In this document: one piece after another, positions 26,069 through 38,200 of the stretch
Numbering within the stretch: the first letter of the stretch is position 1
Layout of the letters: each line of letters begins with the position of its first letter
Source of the DNA: a virus
Virus genome (UHGV): UHGV-0342847
Strand: one strand, 5' to 3'
Length of the DNA: 60,874 nt
Position numbers and translations under genes: made by a program
Notes under the pieces: model-generated
What the model was told of the DNA's origin: nothing
The model's database searches: none
What the model saw: only the letters and a program-made list of their open reading frames with translations

Positions 26069-26339
26069 AAATCAGGCTGCGAAGTTCGCTCTCTATTTCT
26101 CTCAGTTCCTGAATTATAAGGTCGGTATCCTGAATGCCCCTTTCAAGGGCATGAATAATTCCAGATGGCGAACCATCTTTTTTCTCTTTCAGCGTTTCAG
26201 GGTGTTCGCCGCGCAGCCGAGCCAGCGTCTGCAACAGACAAATTTTTACATCGTTCAGATCAGTATTCTGGCGTTTCTGCATGCTAACTACAGATTCAAG
26301 TCTGCTTTGTACTGCACACTCATCATTGTCAATATTCAT
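26067..26339 (-). CDS. hypothetical 90-aa protein adjacent to int/att region
   Basis: SD GAGGG 8 nt upstream. Helical, no motif recognised. Confidence 0.4.
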   Translation of the reverse strand: MNIDNDECAVQSRLESVVSMQKRQNTDLNDVKICLLQTLARLRGEHPETLKEKKDGSPSGIIHALERGIQDTDLIIQELREIESELRSLI

Positions 26340-27249
26340 AGCAATACCCTCAATTAAGTTTGATTCTTAATTTTCAGGGTTTCAAGGAAGGAAGTACAAC
26401 GAGGAATTTTTACCGAAACGATAAAAAGCGTCCCTGGCGGTCAGAACAATTATCTTCTTCCTCCGATTAGTTAGAAGACCCCGCCAGGGCGAAAATTTCA
26501 CATCCACGAATGTTATGGCTGTTACCTCATAACGCAGGTATCCCTCCAGTTGGATTTAACGCCAAGACCTCATTGAGGAAACGGAGTTCTGAAAGAATAC
26601 CTGCGTTATGAGTTGTGTTCGTGGGGTCTACTTCCCTCCTGTCACGGTTCTTTCCCCGCGTCATCATGTGTTCATTCGGTACATGAAACCCATTTGTCGG
26701 GATTCCACCGACGCCCATCTGTTTTTAAAGCCACTCAGATATCGTCCGGGCTTGTTGTGGTGTCCGGTGCTGAACCCCGGATTAATGGCGATAGGCGCGT
26801 GGAGTCGCCTCGTTTTACGTCTTGTCCGATATACCATCCTCCGCGACACCGCATAAAACTCTGCGGATTAGCATCACCCGGCTCACGGTCTTGCCAGCTC
26901 GTTTAGGGACTTTTCCAAAGTACCTGACAAGTTCTCGCTCATCTGATTAGCGCATCAGCCTGCGCATTCACCACAACGGAAAGAGCACTGGCTAACCAGG
27001 CGCGCCGACTCTTCACGATTATCGGCTCAATGCTCTTACCTGTTGCATCCTCGTCTCTTCCGAGGTGTCACACCGTACCGCCACGATGGTGAGTCGCTGT
27101 CGTGCATGTTGGAGCATGGCTTGCACATTCCGGTTGCCCTGGTCGGGTATGGATAAAGGACCGACCAGCCCGCTAACGCTGCATGTGCCATACAACGTAC
27201 TGCACATACACTATAGCAAAACAGAATATTAATTTGCAAACATGCAATA
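26340..27249. other. ORF-poor, stem-rich 0.9-kb region (candidate attP and/or structured ncRNA)
   Basis: No convincing ORF in six frames. Perfect 16-bp inverted repeat 26526-26541 / 26597-26612, and a 9-bp IR 26432-26440 / 26481-26489, among many further stems. Confidence 0.35.
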
Positions 27250-27288
27250 AAAGAAAAGCCCCAGACGTGTGAACTGGGGCTTTTGTCG
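27250..27288 (-). terminator. strong rho-independent terminator closing the late/lysis operon
   Basis: GCCCCAG-acgtgtgaa-CTGGGGC. The minus strand is followed by TTTTCTTTT. Confidence 0.6.
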
Positions 27289-27326
27289 TACTGATGGAAG
27301 CAATGTCGCGAAGCAAGTTAAATATA

Positions 27327-27896
27327 TCAGGGCTTACACTGTTTCGCCACGTCGTTTATGTAATTTTGCAGATACTGGATTACTTCGTCGTCGCGCTGGG
27401 TTGACTCTCTGAGATCGAGAACAGTTTGTTGACCAGCTGCGGAGAGTTCGATTTGTACTGCATCGCCCATGCTGCTGCTGCCGGTATCTCTGCTTGTGGC
27501 GCGCTGACCAGCTGCAAGTTTGGCTGTGGCGAGGTTTGCGGAGAGGATACGCACCCGCTTGTCACCAGCGGCAACAGCATCGCGCAGAGCATCATTTTCA
27601 CGTTTGGCATTGGCTAACTTCTCCTGAGAGGTTTTATCGGCGTTTGCGGCTGCTTCCTGTGCGGCATGCGTACGCTGTAGAGCGGAAGCGGTGTCTTGCT
27701 GCGCTTTTATGGTGATTGCAGTCTTCTCGCGGCCCCACTCCTCACGATCATTTGAGTGCTGTTGCTTCAGGTCTGCAATATCGGCTTTGTAGCTGGTGGA
27801 TGTTGCCCACCATGCGATTCCGGCACCGGACCCGGCGATAATCGCAACAGCCAGGGCAGCACCAACTGCTTTTACCTTCCAGGAGAGGGGGTTCAT
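27327..27896 (-). CDS. i-spanin (Rz-like)
   Basis: N-terminal TM segment (AVGAALAVAIIAGSGAGIAWW) and a long coiled-coil periplasmic domain. Last gene of the lysis cassette. Confidence 0.65.
   Translation of the reverse strand: MNPLSWKVKAVGAALAVAIIAGSGAGIAWWATSTSYKADIADLKQQHSNDREEWGREKTAITIKAQQDTASALQRTHAAQEAAANADKTSQEKLANAKRENDALRDAVAAGDKRVRILSANLATAKLAAGQRATSRDTGSSSMGDAVQIELSAAGQQTVLDLRESTQRDDEVIQYLQNYINDVAKQCKP
27380..27610 (-). CDS. o-spanin (Rz1-like) embedded in the +1 frame of Rz
   Basis: Lipobox LVTSGC and a Pro-rich mature region, fully inside the Rz gene. Confidence 0.55.
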   Translation of the reverse strand: MPNVKMMLCAMLLPLVTSGCVSSPQTSPQPNLQLVSAPQAEIPAAAAWAMQYKSNSPQLVNKLFSISESQPSATTK

Positions 27897-28198
27897 GTTC
27901 GCGGTTTCCGGTGTGATTTAAGCATCTTCATGAAGAAATGCCGCAGCCCTATACAGGCTACGGCGACGACGACAATCTGATTGGATCTGTAAATCGTGAG
28001 CGAGTGCTCAGAGAAAATCGCCGCAAATGCGGCGATAGCGATAGCTGAGTACATAATGCGTCCGAGAATGCCATCCTTCACACTCTGACTGAAGACGCAC
28101 CATGTAGCCCACAAGAGGATTACGATATAAACGCCGGTTACGATCATTGAGAGCCTCCACCAAAACGAGATTTGATAACCTCCTTTGCCAGCGACCAT
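27893..28198 (-). CDS. membrane protein in lysis cassette (possible antiholin/second holin)
   Basis: Two or three hydrophobic helices. Overlaps its neighbours. Confidence 0.35.
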   Translation of the reverse strand: MVAGKGGYQISFWWRLSMIVTGVYIVILLWATWCVFSQSVKDGILGRIMYSAIAIAAFAAIFSEHSLTIYRSNQIVVVAVACIGLRHFFMKMLKSHRKPRT

Positions 28199-28479
28199 AG
28201 ATCAGCCGCTTCCAGTGCTCTCAGTATGGCAATGATTATTGCACCGCCAAACATGCCCAGCAAAAATCCGATTCCTCCTAAGTTCTCCCCGGTAAATTTA
28301 AGCCATTGGCTTACAGGGATACTCAGATAGTGGGCTGTTGCCGCACCGGAAAGGACAAAGATAACAATGTCCTTTTTAGTTTTCGTGTCTTTTTGGTAGC
28401 GGGCGACCACCAGCGCCCCGAAGAATCCGGCGATCGCTAACTGGAACTTGACTACCATGTATTCAAGCCATTCCATCAA
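28144..28479 (-). CDS. holin
   Basis: 111 aa with 2-3 TM segments and a charged C-terminus. Sits between endolysin and spanins. Confidence 0.55.
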   Translation of the reverse strand: MMEWLEYMVVKFQLAIAGFFGALVVARYQKDTKTKKDIVIFVLSGAATAHYLSIPVSQWLKFTGENLGGIGFLLGMFGGAIIIAILRALEAADLWSLAKEVIKSRFGGGSQ

Positions 28480-29066
28480 GCACCCCCGAAGCGCTTATCA
28501 GCGGCTGCAAGTTTCGTATCGTAGGCGTTCTTCGCGTAGGCTGGCCCGTTGTAGACGCGCGCAAAAGTCGCCCAGTCTTTCATCTTCAGAGCGCGGTAAA
28601 GTCTGCTGTCAGCCTGGATGAAGCGAACGAAGGAATTTAACTGACCGGCAGCGGTCTGTTGTGCGTTGATGAATTGCTGAAGTGTTTCGTAGCCGCACGT
28701 CTTCCAGTGGTAGCCCATGATCTGAAATGCGCCCCAGCTGGCTGACTCAAGAGCACACTGCCGGTCGATAACCTGTGCAGCACGTGCCATGTCTTTATCT
28801 TCTTTGTCCAGTGACTGATAGCTGCCTGGCTTTAGCGCCACCAGGTCAGGATGCGCCGCCAATTCCCTGTCAGCGCGTGGTTGTCCGAATTTTGTTTTCA
28901 ACTGCCGATACATAACGTGAGGTTCGTACTGAACCTTAACCAGACCGTCAGGCAGGAAGCCGCCGCCATTACTTTCTACGGTTGCCACTGCCTTCACCGC
29001 CGAGAGGTCGGCTCCCAGCACGGCGGCAGCGTTCCGATAGTCCTGCTCAACAAGCGTCTTGCTCAT
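28476..29066 (-). CDS. endolysin (N-acetylmuramidase-family-like)
   Basis: AVATVESNGGGF...GAFQIMGYHW...FARVYNGPAYAKNAYDTKL pattern. Start re-chosen at MSKTLVEQ with SD TAAGGGG. Confidence 0.65.
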   Translation of the reverse strand: MSKTLVEQDYRNAAAVLGADLSAVKAVATVESNGGGFLPDGLVKVQYEPHVMYRQLKTKFGQPRADRELAAHPDLVALKPGSYQSLDKEDKDMARAAQVIDRQCALESASWGAFQIMGYHWKTCGYETLQQFINAQQTAAGQLNSFVRFIQADSRLYRALKMKDWATFARVYNGPAYAKNAYDTKLAAADKRFGGA

Positions 29067-29121
29067 GAAATGCCCCTTAAAGGTAGTCAGCACGTCATGT
29101 GCAGTTGTTGTATTCGTCCTG

Positions 29122-29150
29122 ATTATAGAACGGGTGTTTTTATTTCAACA
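29122..29150 (-). promoter_or_regulatory. candidate sigma70 promoter (TGTTGA-17-TATAAT) in front of the lysis cassette
   Basis: Seen on the minus strand immediately after the terminator below. Functional status unknown. Confidence 0.25.
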
Positions 29151-29154
29151 ACGC

Positions 29155-29177
29155 AAAAAACCCGGCACGTGGCCGGG
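29155..29177 (-). terminator. rho-independent terminator after the giant gene
   Basis: CCCGGC-acgtg-GCCGGG with T6 on the minus strand. Confidence 0.5.
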
Positions 29178-29287
29178 TATGGGCAGACTGTGACGATTAC
29201 GCCCTGCCCGCAGCGCTCATCGAGGTGAGCATGTCATTTGCTTCGCAGGTGAGCCGGATCGCACGCCAGCCCACCTGCGCATCGGCG

Positions 29288-32200
29288 CTAGTCGTAAATT
29301 CTGGGTGCTTGTTCCTCCAGAATTCGTTCGCGCAGCTTCCGATTGTAGCGCATTCCACCCGTCGCGCTCTCAGCATTTTGCGCACGCGTTTTCATGGAAC
29401 TCTTGATGCTCTTGCCTGTGATGGCCTGCTCTGGGTATTTCTCGTTGAACTTAGTGATTTCATCAACGATCTTATCTTTCGCAGTGTCATCGCCTTTCTT
29501 ATCGGCTTTCCAGTACCCATCCATGAGTTTAGAACGCTGGCGCAATATCGTTTGCTGCAGGTTGTAGCCAGCATTGTTGATATCGTACTGCTCTGCCAGT
29601 TTCGCCGGGGTGGAGCCAAGAGCCTGCCGGATAACGTCGCCGTAGCCAACATCATCAACGATCGTGTCGCCTTTCAGGTTCGTTGCACCTTCTGTGGCGT
29701 AACGGTAAGCCTTCATCGGATCCTTAACCGCTTTCGGCATCATCGTTTCAATGCCGCGGTAGGTTTCTCCCTGTTTCATGAGGTTGAAGCCACGGAAGAT
29801 ATTGCTGGCGATCGACGGCGTAGCCCCCAGCAGCTGAGACTGCCAGTATTCAAACTCGCTTTTCCCTTCCAGCTCTGTAGATGGGGAACGGAACCAGAGA
29901 TCGCGCATCCCCAAGGATTCAGACTGGCTGGTGCCGGTCACGTAACCCGGCACGCCATCGAGGATAATACCGGTCATCATCGGGCCAAGCGCTTCGACCA
30001 TGTTCTTTTTCAGCTCCTGCTCTGGGTCTTTGTCATCATCCATGAACATAGAGGCCAGGGCAAACACGATACCAGCTCCCCACGTTCCAGCCAGGCCAGC
30101 GCCAAGCATCATCATTCCTGTGATACCGGCCAACTGGATCCGCGCCTCTCTCTTCGCTGCCGGGCTATCTCCTTTCACCGACTGGTGAATATCGCGGAAC
30201 AGACGATACAGCATGTTGATCGAGTAGTTACGGAAGACCAGTGCCACCTTCATCATATCGTTGTGCATGACACGAGGACGGCTGTTGTTCTGGTAGTCGA
30301 AATGGGTTTTCCACGTCAGATCGTTAGCTGCTTCAATCGCTTTCTGGTGGCTAAGGCCTTTGGCGCGCGCCATACGGTACGCCATCAGCACAGTGACCTC
30401 GCGGTTGATGCGCTCTGTATGGTGGAATGCCCACGACGCAGCAGCCATCAGGCGAGTTTTCAGCGGGCTGTAGTCAATGCCAGTTTCGCCAATGCTCGCC
30501 AGGTCATGCGCCTGCGTACGGTCAATGATGCCGATATCATAAGCAGCCTGAATCGCCTTCTTCTCGTCGGCGGTCAGGTTTTTGCTTTCACCGATAGAGC
30601 CTTTACCACGCACCAAATCGGAAGATGCGCGGGCAAACTGATTAATTGCCCGGGTAAACCCTTTCGCCGTTCCGTCGTACGCAGCCATCACCGGAATACC
30701 AATCATCGGCGTCTGGGCAAGGTTTCTAATTGCCGTGATAGGTGACGCAGCCATGAACCAGAGGAATGCCGCGCTGGTGAGCTTAGTCGCAATCGATCCA
30801 CCTGTCGGGTTCATGATGTACTGGTGTCGTTTCTCCATTTCGTTGACAACCAGACCGTCGCGAACAGGATCCTTCGTCTTGCCAGCCTCTTCGCGGGCAG
30901 CGTCCAGAGCCTCTTCCATATCGAAGGTGTACTTCAGGCGCGCCAGTTGGTGTGCGCTATGGAACATCTGATTACCAAATGCCCGCAGCGCGTCAGCGTT
31001 GTACCCCTTGCGGCCAGTACGGTGGATACGGTTTTTACGGATGGAGAAATCCGGCAGGCTTTCCAGATAGCGCTGCCACACCTCATCCTTCACGGTTTCG
31101 GCGTTTGGCAGGTCAGCCAGAATGTCTTCGACGTCGGCCACAAAGTTAGCGTCTACTGCTTTGCGGGTCGTCATACTGTCGTCCAGCGCGCCAACCTGCA
31201 CCGTATATTTCGGGTTTTCGCGCATCAGCTGAGCAAATTCACGCTGTTCACGGGCAGATTCAAAGCGGCTGAATGACTCGACCTTTCCGGATTCCTTATC
31301 GCGCACGGTGACAAACAGGTTTCCGAAGCGAGCCAGCGGGAAGTATGGCCCCTGCAAGCGGTTCATTTCGAACTGCGTACGCAGTTGGGTGATACGTGCC
31401 TTACGGTTCCATGCTGTCTTCGTCTTGGCGATTTTCAGCTTTTTATCTGCTTCGGCCTGGGCATCTGCTTTCTCCTGCCCGGTCAGACCTTCATCAACGA
31501 TACGCTGCAGATCGGCGCGGTGCTCACGCTCAGCGCGTTTGATGCGCACGTTAATGGCCTTCTCCATGTTGCCCAGTAGGGTTTTCTCGTACTCGTTGGT
31601 GATTTCCGTATAGGCGTCACGAACTTCCTTGAAGATTTCCTGGCCTTCTCCGGACAGCTTCTTATAACGGGCGTTCAGATCACCCCATGCTGAATACCGG
31701 AGATCATCCTGTGCCGCTTTCGCCACCAGCTCCAGTTCTTGCTCGCTGCCAGCGGCAACGGTACGCAGAGCATCACGATCCCGGTCAGTCATCATCGGTT
31801 CAAACGATTCAGACGGGTCTACCTGGGAAATGGTGGCGTCGTGCATCAGATCCATCAGCTCGACGTTTTCAACCGGATGCAGTACGCGGTACTTCAGCCA
31901 TTTCTGCGCCGTTCCGTCAGTCTTCGAATGCCATTTGTTACGCATGGCGTCCATTGACTGCTTCAGAGACATGTATTTAACCAATGACAGGATGTTTTTT
32001 CCCAACTCCGTTACCAGCGGGCGAAGCGGCAACAGCCCCAGACCATGCTTCATTGAGTCAGTAATCTTGTCAGCAGGCAGGTTTTTGAGGCGATCCCACC
32101 AGGTGCGTACCTTCGCGTTGTCCTGCGCTTCGGTTGGGATGTTAGGGTCCGGCTCCATGCCAGAGCGCAGGGATTGCAGGTCTGGAGACTGATAGTCACC

Positions 32201-35200
32201 AAACTGATTAACCAGACCATACATATCATCGCCGGTGCGGTTGATAATCTGGTTGTTCACAAACTTGCCGTCACCGGCCAGAACGGAATCCAGAGCCTCC
32301 ATTACCGCGCTCGGGTCGTCGCCTTTGGCACCCAGGATAGAGCGGATTTTCGCGATGATCTGCTTCATCACTTCAACAGCGCGATCCACCCATGTTTTCG
32401 GTGCATCACCGCGGGCCTTACGCTCTGCGATGATACGCGCGCCGTTCTCCGCCCAGTATTCAGACGGGGAAGCGTACTGGTAATCGCCTGGCGGCAACTC
32501 TCCAGTAGCAAATGCCTGTCGAGCACGCTCCAACCCCTCTTTATCGCCGTACATACCAGCAACCAGATCCGCTAACAGGTGCTCGCGACGGGTATCCCCG
32601 GCGTCTGCATATTCCTGCATGCGAGCTTCAAGTGCCTGCGTCCACTCTTTTGCAATGGCTTCCTGCACGTTCCGCGGCAGCATGCGCTCCATGTGGTGCA
32701 TGATTTCGTGCGTTGCGGTATTGGCATCGGTCGTTCTTACCGGCGCACCATTACGGGCAAAATCGCTGAAGAGAGTAATCAAACGGTTAGGAACGTTGTA
32801 GTTACCGGCTGGCAGTGAATCCCCTCCGCGGGCCAGCTCGATGTTCAGTGAGTTAGCGATGTGCGGATACTGACGAACCAGCCACTGAGCCAACTGCGCC
32901 CCTTCTTTGCTGTATACCCCGCTAATTTCAGCAGCACGCAGGGTAGCAAGAACTTTCTCCTGGTTTGTGGTAGCTGTGCGGTTCTGGAATTCGATACGGG
33001 ATACCAATTCAGCAAATTTATCAGCCGGGATAGCTTGGCTTTCTTGCCCGCGCATACGGGTAAGAGCTGCAATATCGTCAGCAGATGCCTGGCGCTGGTC
33101 GTTCGTGAATGCCGGAAGTTGTTCTCCCTGCGGCTCACGGTACATCGTTTCGCTGATCTCGTAGTCCTTGTTGCGCCCTTTGTTGTCCACAAAGCCAAAG
33201 CGCTTATAGAACTCATTGAGACGCGACTTGTTACCGCCAAAGTCACTGGACGGTGACAGCGCTACAGTTTTTCCGTTGGCATCGGCCCAGTTGGTAATCT
33301 GCTGCATGATAGCCGTACCGGTTCCAAGATTTCTGGAATCAGATGGCAGTTCGATGCGTTGCAGTGTCACAACATTACCGGTTCCCGTGAGGCTGAGTTT
33401 CAACCCGGGATACTGTGCTTTCAGCTGGTCTGCAAACTCTCGTGTGGTTTGCTCACGACGGAAAGACGGCAGGTCGCTCATCTGCTGCTGGCGACCTTCA
33501 CGATCGCTAACAGACAGGTCTTCAATCTGGTCAAACAGATCGTTGATGCTGTTGGCATTGCTCAGGTCTTCCTGCTGGGTCTGCGGTGCCTGATAGTCCT
33601 CGCTGGTGTTCTTCTCCAGTACTAGGACGCGGGTATTAACCTGTGTACCGGCGCGTTCAAACGTGGATCGCGGCATCCAGATATCTGCTACCAGATGAAT
33701 ACCGTTCTCTTCGTTGTCGCGCATAAACTGGTTAAAACGCTGGTCAGCCAGACCACCGCGCGGCACCAGCGCCACGATGCGACCGCCTTCACGAAGGTGC
33801 TGCACTGCTTTCGATACGTGATCGTAGGCAGTTTTCCCACCCATGCCGTAAGGCGGGTTCATAACGATAGCGTCGTACTTGTTGGTGCGGTTCAGGTCTT
33901 CAAAGCGACTGTTAACGATACGTGCCACGCCATTCACCAGCGCAGCGCGCTGTGACAGGTTCAGGGAAGGTTCAACCATCGTCACGTCAGTCTGTGCAGG
34001 GAAGAAGCGAGCGATCGCGCCGTGACCAGCTGACGGCTCCAGCACTTTGTCGCCTGGCTTAATGCCAGCCCATTCTACCATCTTCATGCCCACCGGTTCC
34101 GGCGTGGCGTAATAGTCCACCCCTTCGCGGTTATCCCTGCTCTTACTGTTCTTCTGCTGGGCGTAGTAGTAGGACTTCGCCTTGTCGAACTCAGAGATCG
34201 TATTGCTGTCCCGCTGGTCTGCTGCCTTGCCGCCTTTCCCGTCAGACTTACTCGCAGTAATAGGTGCTGCATCCTGATAGGAATTGATGAAAGACTGCTT
34301 CAGAGCACGGGAATCCGGCCCCATGGCGAGGTTTTCAGCGGTAGATGCACGCTCTGCAAGTTTCGATGCGAACGCGCTGGCTTCCCACGCTGTGCCGGTT
34401 GTCATGTATCGGAAAATAGCGTCAGAAGCCTGGCCGGTGCGATAGATGCGCCCCTCAAGCTGGATCGCCTTCGTCGGCTGCGTCGGCAGGCCAAGGTTAA
34501 TCTCTACGCGCTGGTGCTTGCCGCTGGTGTCGTGAACGCTGACACCCTCACGCATAGCGTCAGACTGGGCAATCAGGATGTTCGGCCCTGTCAGATCGTC
34601 GTTGAACTTATCCGCATTCGCTCGGCGCTTAGACTTCGGCACCGTACCGTTAAAGGTCATCGCATTCGGGAACGCCGCCAGCAGGGTATTCAGTGCAGAG
34701 TCAAGCCCGCTGAAGTTAATGCGGAACAGTGGCCTTTGGAACAATTCACGGGCAACCTGGCGCAAAGCCGGATCCATATCCTTCAGAGATTCAGCAAACG
34801 GATTGAAGCCGCCGCCCTGGTTGTAGTCGTGAACTACCAGAACCTTACGGCCTAACGCGAGGTGTTGCTTAATGATCGGGATAGCGGCTCGGGCCTTCAT
34901 CGACTCCAGAAGGAACATTTTGCGCTGGTGGTCGAAGGTATCCATTACCGCACTGTAGATATTGCGGTACATGCCATTCTCGCCGCTGTTCAGGTACTCC
35001 AGAGCCTGATCAAGCTTCTTGCCCGCGGCATCGTCAATCAGGACGAATTTGCGGTCGTAGTCGAATGGAACATCGAGGGAACGGCCAATCAGAGCACCGG
35101 TATCTTTCAAATACTGGTTGAAGTTCTGCTCCATCAGCTCGGTGTTAACCTCAGCATCAGGGCGAGTCAGCCGGTTGTACCGCATGCGGTAGCCGAAATT

Positions 35201-38200
35201 CTGAATATAGAACATATCTCGCGGGTTGCCGCTGTTGTACCCGCCGCCGCTGCGGTCTTTGAAACGATCCGCTGGTGGCGTGTGGTGGAACAGGTAGCCT
35301 TCTGCGTAATCGGTATTCATGACGTACGCGAAAGGAGTGGCAGACATGAAGACGGTTTTCGGCAGGTTCTCCTGCTTCTCCCAGCGCGCATTCCATTTCG
35401 CACGCTCGCTTTTATACAGATCATTCCACTGCGCCAGCAGACGGTCATAACGCGCTGAACGCTTCTCGGCGGCATCGGTTTTGTTGTTTTCTGTAGCATC
35501 CTTGTCGCGGGCATGCTGTGCGGCCACCAGCTCAGCATACTGATCGCCATACTTCGCCTGCAGCCATGAAGAAAAGCCATCCGGATGACCAGTTAGCGCC
35601 CGGAACATGCGCAACTGCTCGGTAACGTCGCCGCTTTCGTTCTGCATCAGGCGGTGAGACTCATCAGGGATAACCAGGTCCCACTCACGCTGGGCCAGGA
35701 AATTATTCTGCCCAAGGTTTGCGTAGGTGGTGATCACAGGACCGCTGCCGCCATTGTCAGTGATACCGCTCAGCTGCTTCAGTGGCATATCCAGCCAGCC
35801 AGCTGATTTAACCCAGTCAGAGGCGATCTTGTCGGACGGGACAAGAATCAGGATGTTTTCGCGACCTGCGTTATGGAAGCGCTTAGCCACGCCAAGGCCT
35901 GACATGGTTTTACCCGTTCCGGTACCGTTGGTAATGACGATCCCGTTGTCTTTTTGGTGGCGCTGTTCCACTTTGACAACATCATCCTGCTGCGCAGACA
36001 GTAGCATAGGCAGAGAGGCGCGTACGCTATCAGCATCACCCCACTTAGTTTCTTTCGGCGCTTTCTTCTGCGCTGCTAAACGTTGAGCGAACTCCCCGGC
36101 TCCAGCGGCGTGAGCATTTGCAGTAACTGCTGCTGCTCGGCTTCGCTCAGTTGATAGTCCTGCTTCGCTACGCCCAGCGCTTCCGGTGCGGATATCACTT
36201 CCGGACACGCCTTGCGAAGGTCGGAATTGCCCGTCTTCTCGATGTACGCGCTGATCGCCTGGTTCTCCGCGAGTAGCGGCCCCATCGTCTGATACGCGTT
36301 GATCACGCTGTCCGGTGTCCCGTTCTTCGTTAACGCGTCGGCCTGCTGTTGCAGGGCGCTGTCCATCTGTTCCTGATCCATTGCCATCAGCGCTTTCATT
36401 GACGGGTTTTGCATTTCCGGCTGCTGCGCTATCTGGTTCCAGACCTGTGCGGGGAGTTGATACATTAGGCACCTCGTTATCGAACTGTGACACCATATCA
36501 TCCATTGCGCCGATTGCCCGGGATGGTTGACGGGTGCTTGATTTTTGCGCTTCATCCTGCTGTGCGGCTGGCGCGTTTGGTTGATCGTTGCTTGCTGCTG
36601 GCTGCTCATTCAGTTTCGCCAGCTCGCTGCGCACGGTTTCCGCGGTATCCATCCCCTCGATACTGACACCGCTATCCTCCATCATATCGCGGGCACCGTT
36701 ATACCAGCTGCGCAGGTACGGACGAACACGGTTAAGCGGCAGGTCGAGATCGTTCGCCATCGCTTTCGCGAAATCGGCAAATTTACGGACACCGGCCTCA
36801 ATGTGGAACACGGCCAACTCGGTACCGATCGCCAGAATCTCCGGGTCAATACCGCTATTCAGCTGGGAGAATTTAGCCTTCAGGCGCTGGCGCAGCTCTG
36901 CCGCACGATCCTGAGATACCAGTTTGTTGTTGGCTCCGTACTCCGCTGATTTGGCTGCTTCCTGCGGCTGCTCAGTCACCTGGCTGGCATCGTAACCCTT
37001 TTTCCACGCATCAAACTCGGCCTTACCCTCTTGGGTGGATCTAGATGGAATACCCAGCGTTGCACGCACGCTAGTAATGAAACCTGTGCGTTCTTCCTTG
37101 CCGACAAATTTCAAACGGTCAGATAGCTCGCTTTCAACCTGCGCTACCGTCTTACCGTCAGCAAACAGCCTTTCAATGTCCAAAGTCAAACCCGCTTTAT
37201 CCGCACGATCACGATCTTGCTGTGCGTTCTGGTTTACCCAGCTCTGCTCATCTTTCCCAACGGTGACGCGAGGCGTCTCTCTGGTTTCAGGAATATTTTC
37301 AGGAATATTTTGTTGTTCGTTTTGTCGTGCTGATGCTGAGCGATTTTTTGCAGTCGGGCCTTCAGGATCGCCAAACAACAAGCTATTAACGGTATCCTGG
37401 TCTGATTGAGACATTCGGTTAGGGTCAATGGCTTTCAGTAGGGTAGCATTCCAGTCATTCCCAGTTTCCTGAGCCTCTTTTACTGCTTCCTCATACATCC
37501 AGTTGTTCAGACGCTTCGTGCTGTTGCTTAGTTTCTGAGGGCCAGTAGTGTCAATCTTAGGTGCGGGTGATAATTTACGCCCACTCATACTGTAAAGCTG
37601 TTCACCGGACTCGACCACTCCATCACGCGGCGGCTTACGTTCGTTTCGTTGTTCTTGCTGAGGAGATGTTTTGGTTTCCGCAACAGTCTCTGCAGTAGAT
37701 TGAGCAACTGGCTCAGTCTTATTCCACGTCACATTACGGGAACGGCCAGATTCCATTTCGGCAACAGAAAGCGTGGTGCTGCTTCCGGTTTCCTGGTTGG
37801 TGAGGTGGATCGTTCCGTTTTTATCGATGCCGTTGATCTTGTACTTGCCACCAGCCTTCGCATAGCCGACATCACCAGACGGTGACACGATATTTCCCTC
37901 TGCACCGACAACCTTACGGGCGCGGTTAACGCGTGGGCTTTCCTTCTTCCCTTTCGGCAGTTTAGGTGCTTCTGCTTTGGCACCCTCATTCGTGAGGGTA
38001 CCAGACGTTTCCGCCAGCGCTGGTTGTTCAACCTTGTGGATCTCGAAACGATTAGGCTTCACCTGTACCGCGTCGTAACCATCCAGCTTGCGGCGATCGA
38101 TAAAGGCCTTTGCCTTCTCCTGGGTAGAGAACCATTTCGGCTTGCCGTCACCGCCGATCAGTGCAGGGCTGGCGTCGGCGGTTGCAGTGTCACCAGAAAC

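Noticed and set aside
26613-26655. Group II intron domain-V-like string (…CACGGTTC) near the 16-bp inverted repeat
   Set aside because: The 5' half cannot pair with the ACGGTTC half as in domain V. No GUGYG 5' end, no domain VI/AY 3' end and no intron-encoded protein at an appropriate distance. It is treated as coincidental.
26340-27249. CsrB/RsmZ-like sponge RNA for the phage CsrA-like protein
   Set aside because: Only a handful of GGA/AGGAUG motifs are present, not the dense array of GGA hairpin loops that defines these sRNAs.
29225-30745. 506-aa plus-strand ORF, and other long plus-strand ORFs inside 29.3-41.4 kb
   Set aside because: They are antisense to the giant gene, low-complexity (Arg/His/Cys-rich) and lack starts or SDs. 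They are typical spurious ORFs on the opposite strand of a GC-rich gene.
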